Shown here piece by piece: positions 1 to 8,048 of a stretch of 25,601 nucleotides of DNA; position 1 is the first letter of the stretch, and the number at the start of each line of letters is the position of its first letter. The notes under the pieces were generated by a model. The model was not told the origin of the DNA. It searched no databases and worked only from the letters and a program-made list of their open reading frames with translations. The position numbers were made by a program, and so were the translations under genes. Source of the DNA: a virus (taxonomy: Duplodnaviria > Caudoviricetes); the IMG/VR virus record IMGVR_UViG_3300031470_000003, positions 1-25,601 of that record; one strand, given 5' to 3'.

Positions 1-480
1 CTTGTCCGCCGACGCCACAGTCGCATCAGCGCTCGCAGCAGCAGCTTCGGCCTGCACCTTCGCGGAGTCCTTCGCCGCCGCCCCAGCTTCGACCTCAGCG
101 GCTTTCAACCGGTCCAGGGCCACAACCTGCCGGTCGGCGGAGGCGATGGCGGCGTCACCTTCGGTGGCGACCGTGGCCATCGACGCTTCGTACTCACGTT
201 GCGCCGCCGCCAGCTCCGCCGTGGACGCGGCGACCCGTTTCTGCGCGGCCGCCAACTTGTCGGCGCCACCCGCAGCCGCCGTGGAGGTGTCTGCGACCTT
301 CTTCTGGGCGGCGGACAGCTTGTCCGACCCGCCGGCCGCCGACGTCATGGCCGCACCGGAGTCCTTCGCGGCTTTCCCGGCGTCCACGAGCGCCTTCTGG
401 GCGTCTTTCAGCGTTCCGAGAAACTCCGCCCGGCCGGTGAGGACGAGCCGTGCCCCCACATCAGCGATGCTGTTAGTCAC
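1..480 (-). CDS. Tape measure protein, N-terminal 160 codons (truncated by window edge)
   Basis: Not in the ORF track. GTG at 480 follows GAGGTGA; reads MTNSIADVGARLVLTGRAEFLGTLKDAQKALVDAGKAAKDSG..., Ala/Lys-rich and helical, open to base 1, directly after the chaperone genes. Confidence 0.85.
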   Translation of the reverse strand, partial: MTNSIADVGARLVLTGRAEFLGTLKDAQKALVDAGKAAKDSGAAMTSAAGGSDKLSAAQKKVADTSTAAAGGADKLAAAQKRVAASTAELAAAQREYEASMATVATEGDAAIASADRQVVALDRLKAAEVEAGAAAKDSAKVQAEAAAASADATVASADK

Positions 481-508
481 GTCTCACCTCGCCCTCTGTA
501 GTTGTTGG

Positions 509-769
509 TCAGCCGAACGCTTTGGCGACGACCCGGCCCACTTCGTTGCCGATCAACTCCGCTGTCGCCTTCAGTTCCTCGCGGCGCAGTTCCATCGCCC
601 GCTGCACAACGGCTTGCGCGATCAGCCAGTCGCAACCCGAGTCGTGATCGAGGAAGGTGATGGGGTCCGCGACACCCAGGTGCAGGGCGGCGGCCGCGGA
701 CCCGATGATGGCCCGTTCACGGCCGAAACCGTCGTCGGGGTCACCGGGTTCGGTCAGCCCGTGAAAAAA
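509..769 (-). CDS. Tail assembly chaperone -1 frameshift extension (gpGT-like C-terminal part)
   Basis: The -1 frame is open from T_TTT_TTC (769-763) to TGA at 511-509 and reads FFHGLTEPGDPDDGFGRERAIIGSAAAALHLGVADPITFLDHDSGCDWLIAQAVVQRAMELRREELKATAELIGNEVGRVVAKAFG. It fills the gap before the tape measure gene. Confidence 0.85.
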   Translation of the reverse strand, partial: FFHGLTEPGDPDDGFGRERAIIGSAAAALHLGVADPITFLDHDSGCDWLIAQAVVQRAMELRREELKATAELIGNEVGRVVAKAFG

Positions 770-1398
770 TCCTCATCCGCCTCCGGTTCCGCCACCCCGG
801 ACCACTCCACCAACTTGTTCGCGGCGGCCAGCAGGTCACCTTCGGTGAGGTACAGCTTGCGGACGACGGCGCGAGCGGATTGCACACCTTCCACCCCCAA
901 ACTGAACCCCAACTCGTGGTCGAAACGGGTCCAGTCCCCGGTGGGCTCCCCGTCTTTGAGGGAGATCATCTGCTCGCGGGTCGCTTTCTCCGGTGGGGTG
1001 CCATCCTCGATGGCGAACACCGCCACACACGACTGGATCAGGGCGTCAGCGTTGGCGTTGACCATCCAGTCGTCCGGGCGCGGTTTCTGCTTCTTCGCCT
1101 TTTCGATGGTTTTCCCCAGGAACGCGGGGGATGACGGGTTGTAGCGGACGTAGATGGCGGGGCCACCGTCGTCGTCCCAGCGGGGCACTTTCAGGTCGAG
1201 GTACAGCTTCTCCTGCAACGCCTCACGTCGGGCGCGCAGCGACGCGAGGGGCGAGCCCTGGCCGGTGGGGGCGGCGGTGGGCGGCGGATCAGGCAGCGGG
1301 GCGGTGGGGGATGCTGTAGGGGCAGCGTCCATCGGTGAACCGTTCGGTGACGGTGGTGGCACCGTCACCGTGATCCCGCCACTGAAAGGTTCGGTCAT
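754..1398 (-). CDS. Tail assembly chaperone (gpG-like)
   Basis: ATG at 1398 overlaps the tail tube stop (ATGA). Lies between tube and tape measure and ends EDFFTG with a slippery heptamer two codons before the stop. Confidence 0.85.
   Translation of the reverse strand: MTEPFSGGITVTVPPPSPNGSPMDAAPTASPTAPLPDPPPTAAPTGQGSPLASLRARREALQEKLYLDLKVPRWDDDGGPAIYVRYNPSSPAFLGKTIEKAKKQKPRPDDWMVNANADALIQSCVAVFAIEDGTPPEKATREQMISLKDGEPTGDWTRFDHELGFSLGVEGVQSARAVVRKLYLTEGDLLAAANKLVEWSGVAEPEADEDFFTG
763..769 (-). promoter_or_regulatory. -1 ribosomal slippery site T_TTT_TTC
   Basis: Minus strand reads GAG GAT TTT TTC ACG GGC TGA: an X_XXY_YYZ heptamer in the correct phase, at the conserved G/GT position. Confidence 0.85.
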
Positions 1399-1805
1399 GC
1401 GACCGTCTCCGGCTCCACGTCGAGCTCGAACATGCGCACCGCGTTCGATGCGGAGTCCACCTGACCGGGCTTCACATTCGACAGCCGGCCGCGCCACGTC
1501 ACCGGGACACCCCACGCGTTGCCGTCATCGTCCAACGGTTGCTCGGTGACGGTGACGTACCGTTTCCCACCGAGGTTGCGCATGGCGCGGACCAGTTCGT
1601 GGTCGCGGACCCGCTCGTAAACGCGGGTGATGGTGATGTTCGAGTAGGTGGGCAGGGTGACGTAGGTTTTCTCCGGTCCCATGCCGCCGGGGCGGTGTTT
1701 CGCGGAGGCGATGGTGGTGTCGCCACCGGTGCGCTTGTCGAACACCCCCAGGTCACCGACACCATCGACGTTGACGGAGAGCAAGTACTGCATTTCGGCC
1801 GACAT
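1395..1805 (-). CDS. Tail tube protein (contractile tail)
   Basis: 136 aa directly after the sheath; FDKRTGGD...PGGM...TYSNITITRVY...W.G.L pattern resembles T4 gp19-like tubes; AAGGAGG RBS. Confidence 0.85.
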   Translation of the reverse strand: MSAEMQYLLSVNVDGVGDLGVFDKRTGGDTTIASAKHRPGGMGPEKTYVTLPTYSNITITRVYERVRDHELVRAMRNLGGKRYVTVTEQPLDDDGNAWGVPVTWRGRLSNVKPGQVDSASNAVRMFELDVEPETVA

Positions 1806-1843
1806 AGCGGGCCTCCTTCTATGAGATCAGGTGATGGTGGGGG

Positions 1844-3325
1844 TTACAGGGCCTGCAGCAGGGGGACGTTGGCTATGGTGATGTTCACCTGTTCCGCGAA
1901 CGGGGAACGCTTCACCGACATCACAGCGTTCAACTGCCCGGCGGCGATCGTGGCGGGGGTGTTCACGGAGGGACCGACATTCACCTTGTACGCGGCGGAA
2001 GCGGTCGCCCCGAACAGGGCGCCGATCAGCCAGTAGGAGGACAACAGGCCGCCCAAAGCCCCCGCCAACCGGCCGAACACCTGCCCTTTGGCGTCGATCT
2101 CGGAGAATTCGCCGATCCCGGAGGCGATGGTGTTCGCGTGGTCCTGCAAATCCATCCGCAGGCGGCACCAGGACAGTTGTGTCCAGGTGGGGTCGGTGGC
2201 CAGGGAACGGAACCCGTACAGCTGCACTTTCCCGGCGATGGAGCGGATGACGTTGAACCCTGCGGCGTTCAGGACGGCCCGGTCGGTGTCGGAGTAGGTC
2301 TGGGTGACACCGATCGCGAAGCTACTGACGCCGTTGGCTGCAGCGGGGGCGATGTTGGTGTTGGCGATGCCGTTGCTGTAGGTGGCGCCGTCGGATTTGG
2401 CGGTGACCGCAGCTTTGAACGCCGACCCGGGCACCACGCGGGGCGCGGCGGGTAGGGCGTTGCCGGTGGGCAAACCGGGGATGATCACCCAGTTGGTGAG
2501 GTCACCGTAGGAGCCGTCGACATTGTTGGCGATAGCGTTGGTGGCTTCGGTGAGCAGGGTGGCGGCGGTGGGGGTGTCCACCCCGTCGCAGTAGGCGACC
2601 CGGTTGTTGGCTGCGGCATGGGTGAGGAGGGCTTGGTGCGCGGCGTCGGTGGTGCGCCCTGGTGCCGAGACTTGGCCGGGTCCGAGGTCGCGGGTGAACG
2701 CGGTGAGCGCCGCAGTCCAGGTGGCTTCGGTGATGCTGGCGGTGTCGTCCACACCCCCGGCCAGGGGAGTGGTGGCGAGGGCGGCGGGGTTGTTGACGGG
2801 GTTCACGCTGGCCGCGTTGTTGTTGGTGATCGTCACGTACTGCGACACCGAGGACCAGGCCACCGCATCAGCAGGCTGGGTGAGGACCGGGGACGTTTCG
2901 ACCCCGTTGGGTCCGGTGACGGTCAGTTGGTACTGGCCGGGTGCCGGTACGGTCACCGCCACCGACAGGCCGTTGCCCCACACACCGGAGCTGTTGGCGT
3001 TGACGGTCAATGTGTTCAGGGCGGTGGTGGCGGTGGTGTCCTTCAACACCAATGTGGCGGCGGCCTGCCCGGTCCCACCGACGCGGGACACGAACATCTG
3101 GGTGCCACCGTCGCGGAAGAACAGGTCCGCGCAGTCGAACAGGGGGCTGGCAGGGTTGCGTGCACCGCAGGCGCTGACGAACTGCGACATGGACGACACC
3201 AGGATCGGCGAACCGATGACACCGCGGGAGGCGATGCCGGTGACGAACCAGTTGCCGGTGGGCGCGGAGCCGACGGTGGGTGGTGCGGAGGTGACGGAGG
3301 TGACGGTGATTCCCGGTGCGGGCAT
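1844..3325 (-). CDS. Tail sheath protein
   Basis: 493 aa with MPAPGITV start, LFFRDGG..FVSRV, ANSSGVWGNGLSVAV, LAGGVD, APAAANG, LNAAGFNVIR...LYGFRSLA and terminal SPFAEQVNITI, all sheath hallmarks; AAGGAG RBS. Confidence 0.93.
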   Translation of the reverse strand: MPAPGITVTSVTSAPPTVGSAPTGNWFVTGIASRGVIGSPILVSSMSQFVSACGARNPASPLFDCADLFFRDGGTQMFVSRVGGTGQAAATLVLKDTTATTALNTLTVNANSSGVWGNGLSVAVTVPAPGQYQLTVTGPNGVETSPVLTQPADAVAWSSVSQYVTITNNNAASVNPVNNPAALATTPLAGGVDDTASITEATWTAALTAFTRDLGPGQVSAPGRTTDAAHQALLTHAAANNRVAYCDGVDTPTAATLLTEATNAIANNVDGSYGDLTNWVIIPGLPTGNALPAAPRVVPGSAFKAAVTAKSDGATYSNGIANTNIAPAAANGVSSFAIGVTQTYSDTDRAVLNAAGFNVIRSIAGKVQLYGFRSLATDPTWTQLSWCRLRMDLQDHANTIASGIGEFSEIDAKGQVFGRLAGALGGLLSSYWLIGALFGATASAAYKVNVGPSVNTPATIAAGQLNAVMSVKRSPFAEQVNITIANVPLLQAL

Positions 3326-3328
3326 GGG

Positions 3329-3700
3329 TTAGGACTCCTTCTCGGTGGTGGCAGCGGAGGTGTCCGCTTCCGGGGACGTGTCAGGTGCCGACTCGGGCGC
3401 CGGGTCTGTAGGGGCCTCTGCGACTGCCTGGTCGGGCACGGTGGTGGGTTCGGTGACTGTGGTGCCGGGTGCGTCGCTGGCGGGCTCCGGCGGCAGCACG
3501 GCGGGCGCGGACTCCACGGGCACGTCGACGGGTAGTGGTGCGGGGGCGGCGGGTTCGTCGTCGTCCTCGTCGGCGAGCTGGTCGGCGTCGATCAGCTCGG
3601 TCACCCGGTCGGAGGCGTCGGTGTCCGCGGCCTCACCGGGGGCCAAAGTGCGGCCCGAGTCGAGGTCCACGACGTGGCTGGAAATGTTGCGTACGCGCAT
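3329..3700 (-). CDS. Small acidic virion-associated hypothetical protein with Pro/Thr-rich tail
   Basis: 123 aa; N-terminal MRVRNISSHVVDLDSGRTLAPGE beta-rich module followed by a disordered tail; directly upstream of the sheath. Confidence 0.7.
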   Translation of the reverse strand: MRVRNISSHVVDLDSGRTLAPGEAADTDASDRVTELIDADQLADEDDDEPAAPAPLPVDVPVESAPAVLPPEPASDAPGTTVTEPTTVPDQAVAEAPTDPAPESAPDTSPEADTSAATTEKES

Positions 3701-3769
3701 CAGAGGCGCCCTTCTGCATCAGGGGAAGTGAGGGTGTGGTGGGGCTGGCGTAAACGCGGGGAAGGTCGC

Positions 3770-4390
3770 TTACGACAACGGCAGGGCTGCGACCGTGACG
3801 TGCTCAGAGGTCACAGCGGGTGACGGCACCGGCGGGGTGGCGGGGTTCGCCGGGACGGTGCTGGGTCCGGCGTATGCGTTCAGCACCCCGTCGACGGTGA
3901 CCAGGACAGTGAGGACACCGTGGCCCCAGGTGTGGAACGCCGTCGGCGTTCCCGCTTGGGCGTACCGTTCCCCCGCCCAATGAGTGGACTCCGCGAAACC
4001 CCCAAGTGAGGGGTGTTGGCAGAGGGCCATCCGCAACGCAACGAGGTAGTAACCCAAGTAGTCTTCGGTAGTTTGGTAGTCCGGTCCCCACATCCACACG
4101 TTGACCAGGACTTGCCAGATGGCGCGGTACGTGCCGTCCCCGTGGCGTTGCGGATCACCCACGGTCCCAGGCACAGCGACCACGTAGCGGGGGGCCATCG
4201 TCGGGTTCAGACCGGTGATGCCCGGTTCGTTCACCCAGTCCTCGAAGCTGGTGAGGGGTGGGTTGAGGTTGCGGGCGGCGGTTTGCCGGACCGCTTCCCC
4301 GACGTAGGTCGCGGCCCACAGGTTCAAAGTGGCTTCCACGGCGTCCCGGACGTGGGCGGGGCCGACGAACGGACCCCACGGGCTAGACAC
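3770..4390 (-). CDS. Putative tail terminator / tail completion protein
   Basis: Probable GTG start at 4390 overlapping the upstream stop; ALCQHPSLGGFA motif and position between neck genes and sheath. Confidence 0.65.
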   Translation of the reverse strand: MSSPWGPFVGPAHVRDAVEATLNLWAATYVGEAVRQTAARNLNPPLTSFEDWVNEPGITGLNPTMAPRYVVAVPGTVGDPQRHGDGTYRAIWQVLVNVWMWGPDYQTTEDYLGYYLVALRMALCQHPSLGGFAESTHWAGERYAQAGTPTAFHTWGHGVLTVLVTVDGVLNAYAGPSTVPANPATPPVPSPAVTSEHVTVAALPLS

Positions 4391-4886
4391 CGGCTTCCGC
4401 GACGATCGTGGTGGTGGACCGCAAACCGGCGGAGAGGATGGCACCCCACCGGGCGGCGTCCTCCTCACTCACCTGCACGAGGATCCGTTCGGGAAGCTTG
4501 GCGTCACCCCGGCCGAACACTTTGATGACCCGCGGCCCACTCTGGTGGTATTGGGCGTAGGGCACGTTGGTGCCGACGAACAGCTCATCCGGTTTGATGT
4601 CGATAACGGTGTGCTCGGTGTGCCCCGTCAGGCTGTTGAGCAGGTCGCCTTGGCCGTAGAGGATGCGTTCCGGTTGCGGCATCCCGCGGGCGGTTTTGAT
4701 GGCAATCGTGGCGGGGGTCAGGGGGTCCCAACCGGGGCCGTTCGCGTCGAACCGGGCGGCTTCCATGCGGTGGAAGTCGCCGACGATAGCCGGGCCCGCG
4801 ACTTCGAGCAGGGTTGCGGCGGTGGCGGCCATCTTGTCCAACGTGGCGAGGGTGCGGTCAGCGGAGAACGTCAAATCCATCTGCAC
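4383..4886 (-). CDS. Virion morphogenesis protein (Mu gpG / P2 gpS-like)
   Basis: RFDANGPGWDPLTPATI, ILYGQGDLLNSLT, VGTNVPYAQYHQSG and LPERIL motifs typical of this family; AGGAG RBS. Confidence 0.85.
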   Translation of the reverse strand: MQMDLTFSADRTLATLDKMAATAATLLEVAGPAIVGDFHRMEAARFDANGPGWDPLTPATIAIKTARGMPQPERILYGQGDLLNSLTGHTEHTVIDIKPDELFVGTNVPYAQYHQSGPRVIKVFGRGDAKLPERILVQVSEEDAARWGAILSAGLRSTTTIVAEAGV

Positions 4887-4899
4887 GACGGGCTCCTTC

Positions 4900-5568
4900 T
4901 CAGGCGCGGGCGTAGGGGGCGAGGAGGTCGATGATCTCCGCCTCCAGGTCGCCGGTGTCCATCCCCGGCCGGTTCTCCGGTTCGATCTCCACGATCAGCG
5001 ACTTGGCGGCCTGCAGTTTCACGGCTTGTACCAAATCGTCGGGCATGCCGAGGATGTAGCCACCGGAGTAGGTGGCGACGATGGTGGTACCCACCGGGCA
5101 GAACGTGCCGATCGGCAACCGGACGTGCCCGGTGTCGGTTTCGGGGCCGATGAGGTGCGCCCCGGTGAGGGGTTGGGTGTCGCCCCAGGTGTGCCGCAAC
5201 TGCACCGACAGGTTGCTGTACGCCCACAGGTCGGGCCACAGCGGTGCGCACTCACTCACCCAGAAGTCCTGCACCAACGACGACACCCCCAACGACCGGG
5301 TGCGGGACAACCCCAGCGACCCGGCCATCGACATGGGCACACCCGTGTCCCCACCCGCCGCGAACGGGGACACACCCTCGGCGGTGGAGGATTCGGTGAC
5401 CGTGAACGGTGCGAACCTGCGCCCACATCGTGCCTCCACCGACCGTGATGCCCGGACCATCACCGACTGCTGGTAGGCGGCGCTGACACCCCGGAGCATG
5501 AACGACAGGGCACCGCTGTTCATGTCCGTGGGGGTGGCGATCGGCAGGTACAAGGGTGCTGTCATCAC
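4900..5568 (-). CDS. Head-to-tail adaptor/connector protein
   Basis: RASRSVEARCGRRF at the N-terminus and VATYSGGY..MPDDLVQAV...IIDLLAPYAR at the C-terminus match HK97 gp6/SPP1 gp15-like connectors. Confidence 0.8.
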   Translation of the reverse strand: MMTAPLYLPIATPTDMNSGALSFMLRGVSAAYQQSVMVRASRSVEARCGRRFAPFTVTESSTAEGVSPFAAGGDTGVPMSMAGSLGLSRTRSLGVSSLVQDFWVSECAPLWPDLWAYSNLSVQLRHTWGDTQPLTGAHLIGPETDTGHVRLPIGTFCPVGTTIVATYSGGYILGMPDDLVQAVKLQAAKSLIVEIEPENRPGMDTGDLEAEIIDLLAPYARA

Positions 5569-5789
5569 ATGCCCTTACGGGTCACCTTCCGGTGCCGCTC
5601 ATCCGGCGCCGCATGGACGTCGGTGCCGGATGAGGCGGTGTCGGGGATGACTTTGGTGAGGACTTCGGTGAAGCCGGCGATGCGAAACAACTCGTGCGCG
5701 AGCGCGTCGTGCACGTCCACCACATCCCCAGCCTTATGCCATTCGTAGCCGGGGACTGTGCCAGGCAAGTCCTTACGCACCAAAGCCAT
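5565..5789 (-). CDS. Small hypothetical virion-associated protein
   Basis: 74 aa, GGAG RBS, stop overlaps the next start; GDVVDV.D.LA.EL pattern common in short post-capsid genes. Confidence 0.7.
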   Translation of the reverse strand: MALVRKDLPGTVPGYEWHKAGDVVDVHDALAHELFRIAGFTEVLTKVIPDTASSGTDVHAAPDERHRKVTRKGM

Positions 5790-5799
5790 GAAAGACTCC

Positions 5800-6159
5800 T
5801 CAGTTGTTGTCTGGGGTGGACTCGGCGCCCAGCGCCGGGTCCGTCACAGACGAGGTGAGGGTCTGCCGGAACACGACCCGTGATGTGCCGGTGACCGGCG
5901 CCGGGTCGGCGGTCGTGGACTGCTGCACCGACGCCGCACCCGCCACCGAATCAACCTGGATGTTGTAGAACACCGACCCCGACGCGGGGGCGGTGGGAAT
6001 CGTCAACGGTCCCCCGGTGATGTTCACCGAGGGGCCACCTACCGGCTGTACGTAGCCGTCCAACTGCACCGCGGTGCCGGTGTCGGGGAGGGTGACGACC
6101 ACGTTGAACAGATCGTCGAGAACACCGTCACCGGTTTGGTTCGTGACCGTCAGGCTCAT
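5800..6159 (-). CDS. Hypothetical beta-rich structural protein
   Basis: 119 aa Thr/Val/Pro-rich, ATGA-coupled to the upstream gene. Confidence 0.7.
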   Translation of the reverse strand: MSLTVTNQTGDGVLDDLFNVVVTLPDTGTAVQLDGYVQPVGGPSVNITGGPLTIPTAPASGSVFYNIQVDSVAGAASVQQSTTADPAPVTGTSRVVFRQTLTSSVTDPALGAESTPDNN

Positions 6160-6593
6160 TGTTCGTACCCACTTACCATGAAGGCCGCGGTCGTTGCGGC
6201 GGCGGCGCCCAGCACGAGGTTCACGGCGGTACCCGAGGGTGCGGAAGGTCCCGTCTCGATGCCGGTGAGGCCGATCGGCCCGGTGTCACCTTTGGCGAAC
6301 CCCTGGAAGATGGGGGTACCGGCGGCGTTGATCGTCGCCGAGAACTGGGTGGCGGTATTCCCAGAGATGTAGATGTCGGTGATGATGAACGATTTGCCGG
6401 TGCTGACCGTTTCCAGGGGCACGGTGGCGCCGGTGGCGATGCTGACCGTCCCCACATAGGACTTCAGGGTTTGCCCGATCCCAGCGGCCCCGGCGTTGAC
6501 GCGCAGGGTGGGGGATGCGTTGCCCAGGGCGTCGAACAGGGCGACGCGGATCACCTGCCCGGCGGGGGAAGTGAAGGACTCCGATGTGGTCAC
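6156..6593 (-). CDS. Hypothetical beta-rich structural protein (possible capsid decoration)
   Basis: 145 aa directly after the capsid gene, GAGGGGAG RBS; TV..GKSFIITDIYIS ... VSGYE beta-sandwich-like pattern. Confidence 0.7.
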   Translation of the reverse strand: MTTSESFTSPAGQVIRVALFDALGNASPTLRVNAGAAGIGQTLKSYVGTVSIATGATVPLETVSTGKSFIITDIYISGNTATQFSATINAAGTPIFQGFAKGDTGPIGLTGIETGPSAPSGTAVNLVLGAAAATTAAFMVSGYEQ

Positions 6594-6610
6594 GGTGCTC
6601 CCCTCTTCTC

Positions 6611-7981
6611 TTACGCCGCCAGGGTGGCGGTGACGTTGCGCAAACGGCCGGCGTACTTGGGTGCCCTAAGCGCAAGGCAGGTGTCCGTCAAGAGCGCGAA
6701 TGGGAGGCTGTCCGGGGAGCTGGTGGTGGGGTAGATGTCCACCGGGCGCACATCGCGGGTGTAGGGCCGCAACAGCACGTCCCGGTCCTTGGGGATGAGG
6801 TACACGTCCTCACCACCGGCGCTGCGGGGCCGTTCCGCCGACCCACCGACATAAGCGGCGGGGGTGGACGCGGGGATGATGTTCCCGTTCTGCGGGACCA
6901 AGGCAGCCCCGGTGTCCACGATCGACGTGGTGAAGATGGGGGTCACCCCATCGCCTTGCAACCCGACGACAGCATCCACGACCCCGAGAAGGGTTTCCGC
7001 CCCGGCCGCACCCTCGTACACCTTGTAGGACAGGGGGAACGCGCCCTCCGGCCCCTGCGGTGGGGTGAACGCGAGGGCCACGGTGGATGTGGCGGTGGTG
7101 GTGGTCGCGGTGACCTCCGCGGACGGGGACAGCTCCCCGTAGCGGGACACGACGGCCGTGATGATGTAGGAACGGGCACCGGCAGGCAAAGCGCCACCCG
7201 TGCCACCGGGGGTGGCGGCGACCGGGGACATGGCACCACCGCGGGAGGACAGGAAACTGGACTTGATGATGGGGATGTCGCGGTAGGACATGACGTTCAG
7301 CCCGGCGGCGACCTCCACCTGGTTCGTGAACCGCTGGAACGCCGTCTCCCCCTGCGACACCTTGCTGTTCGCGGTGGGAGACATGACGAACATGTAGTTG
7401 CTACCAACGGGGGCCGCCGCGTTGGACTCCACCAAGTCGATCAGCCGATCCAACTGGTTGGTGGTGAACGAGACACCGTTCTCATCGACCGCGTTCTGCG
7501 GGGACATCCCCACCGACGCGAACTGGGTGATCAGGTTCGCCAACCCGGAGAACTGCGGGTACGGGCCGAGGTTGGTGGCGGGGTCGTTGCCCCACAGCAT
7601 CGCGGTCTCGATGTCCCACAGCAGACCCTGCACACAGGACTCGATTTCCTGGCGGCGCAGGTCACCGATCAGAGACGCGGTCACCGTCTGGGCGTAGCCG
7701 GTGACGGCACCAACGGACTGCATGTTGCGGATGGTGAACTTGAACTGCTCGTACACACTGTTGCCCACGGGGCGGGCGCCACCATCGGTGACGAAACCAC
7801 CCGGTGCCCGGTTCGTGCGCCGGTTGAAGTTGTAGTCCGTGGCCCCCCACTGCTGCGCAGGAACAGTGCGCACCAACGGTGAGTAACGGCGCTGGTACTC
7901 CAGCATCATCGGGTCGATCTGCTTTTGGATGAGCGCACCAACACCAGCAGCGGTGAGGGCTTCCTCGAGTTCGGTGGACAT
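6611..7981 (-). CDS. Major capsid protein with an internal Ig-like insertion
   Basis: 456 aa, AAGGAG RBS, follows protease/scaffold; YNFNRRT, GAVTGYAQTV, DIETAMLWGN, FSGLANLI and LALRAPKYAGRLRNV are consistent with the HK97 fold. Confidence 0.9.
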   Translation of the reverse strand: MSTELEEALTAAGVGALIQKQIDPMMLEYQRRYSPLVRTVPAQQWGATDYNFNRRTNRAPGGFVTDGGARPVGNSVYEQFKFTIRNMQSVGAVTGYAQTVTASLIGDLRRQEIESCVQGLLWDIETAMLWGNDPATNLGPYPQFSGLANLITQFASVGMSPQNAVDENGVSFTTNQLDRLIDLVESNAAAPVGSNYMFVMSPTANSKVSQGETAFQRFTNQVEVAAGLNVMSYRDIPIIKSSFLSSRGGAMSPVAATPGGTGGALPAGARSYIITAVVSRYGELSPSAEVTATTTTATSTVALAFTPPQGPEGAFPLSYKVYEGAAGAETLLGVVDAVVGLQGDGVTPIFTTSIVDTGAALVPQNGNIIPASTPAAYVGGSAERPRSAGGEDVYLIPKDRDVLLRPYTRDVRPVDIYPTTSSPDSLPFALLTDTCLALRAPKYAGRLRNVTATLAA

Positions 7982-8048
7982 GTTTTCTCCTTGCTGGGGG
8001 TGGCTCCCGACCCCTGGGGGGTGGGGTGGTCCAGGGGGTGGGGTCTAG

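Noticed and set aside
2-1144. 380-aa plus-strand ORF and the many other long plus-strand ORFs (e.g. 2618-3535, 6584-7882, 11421-12404, 12677-13525)
   Set aside because: Antisense shadows of well-supported minus-strand genes; long stop-free frames are expected at this GC content, and they carry no motifs.
1395-3325. Extracellular contractile injection system or tailocin
   Set aside because: A full head and packaging module (terminase, portal, protease, capsid) is present, so this is a phage.
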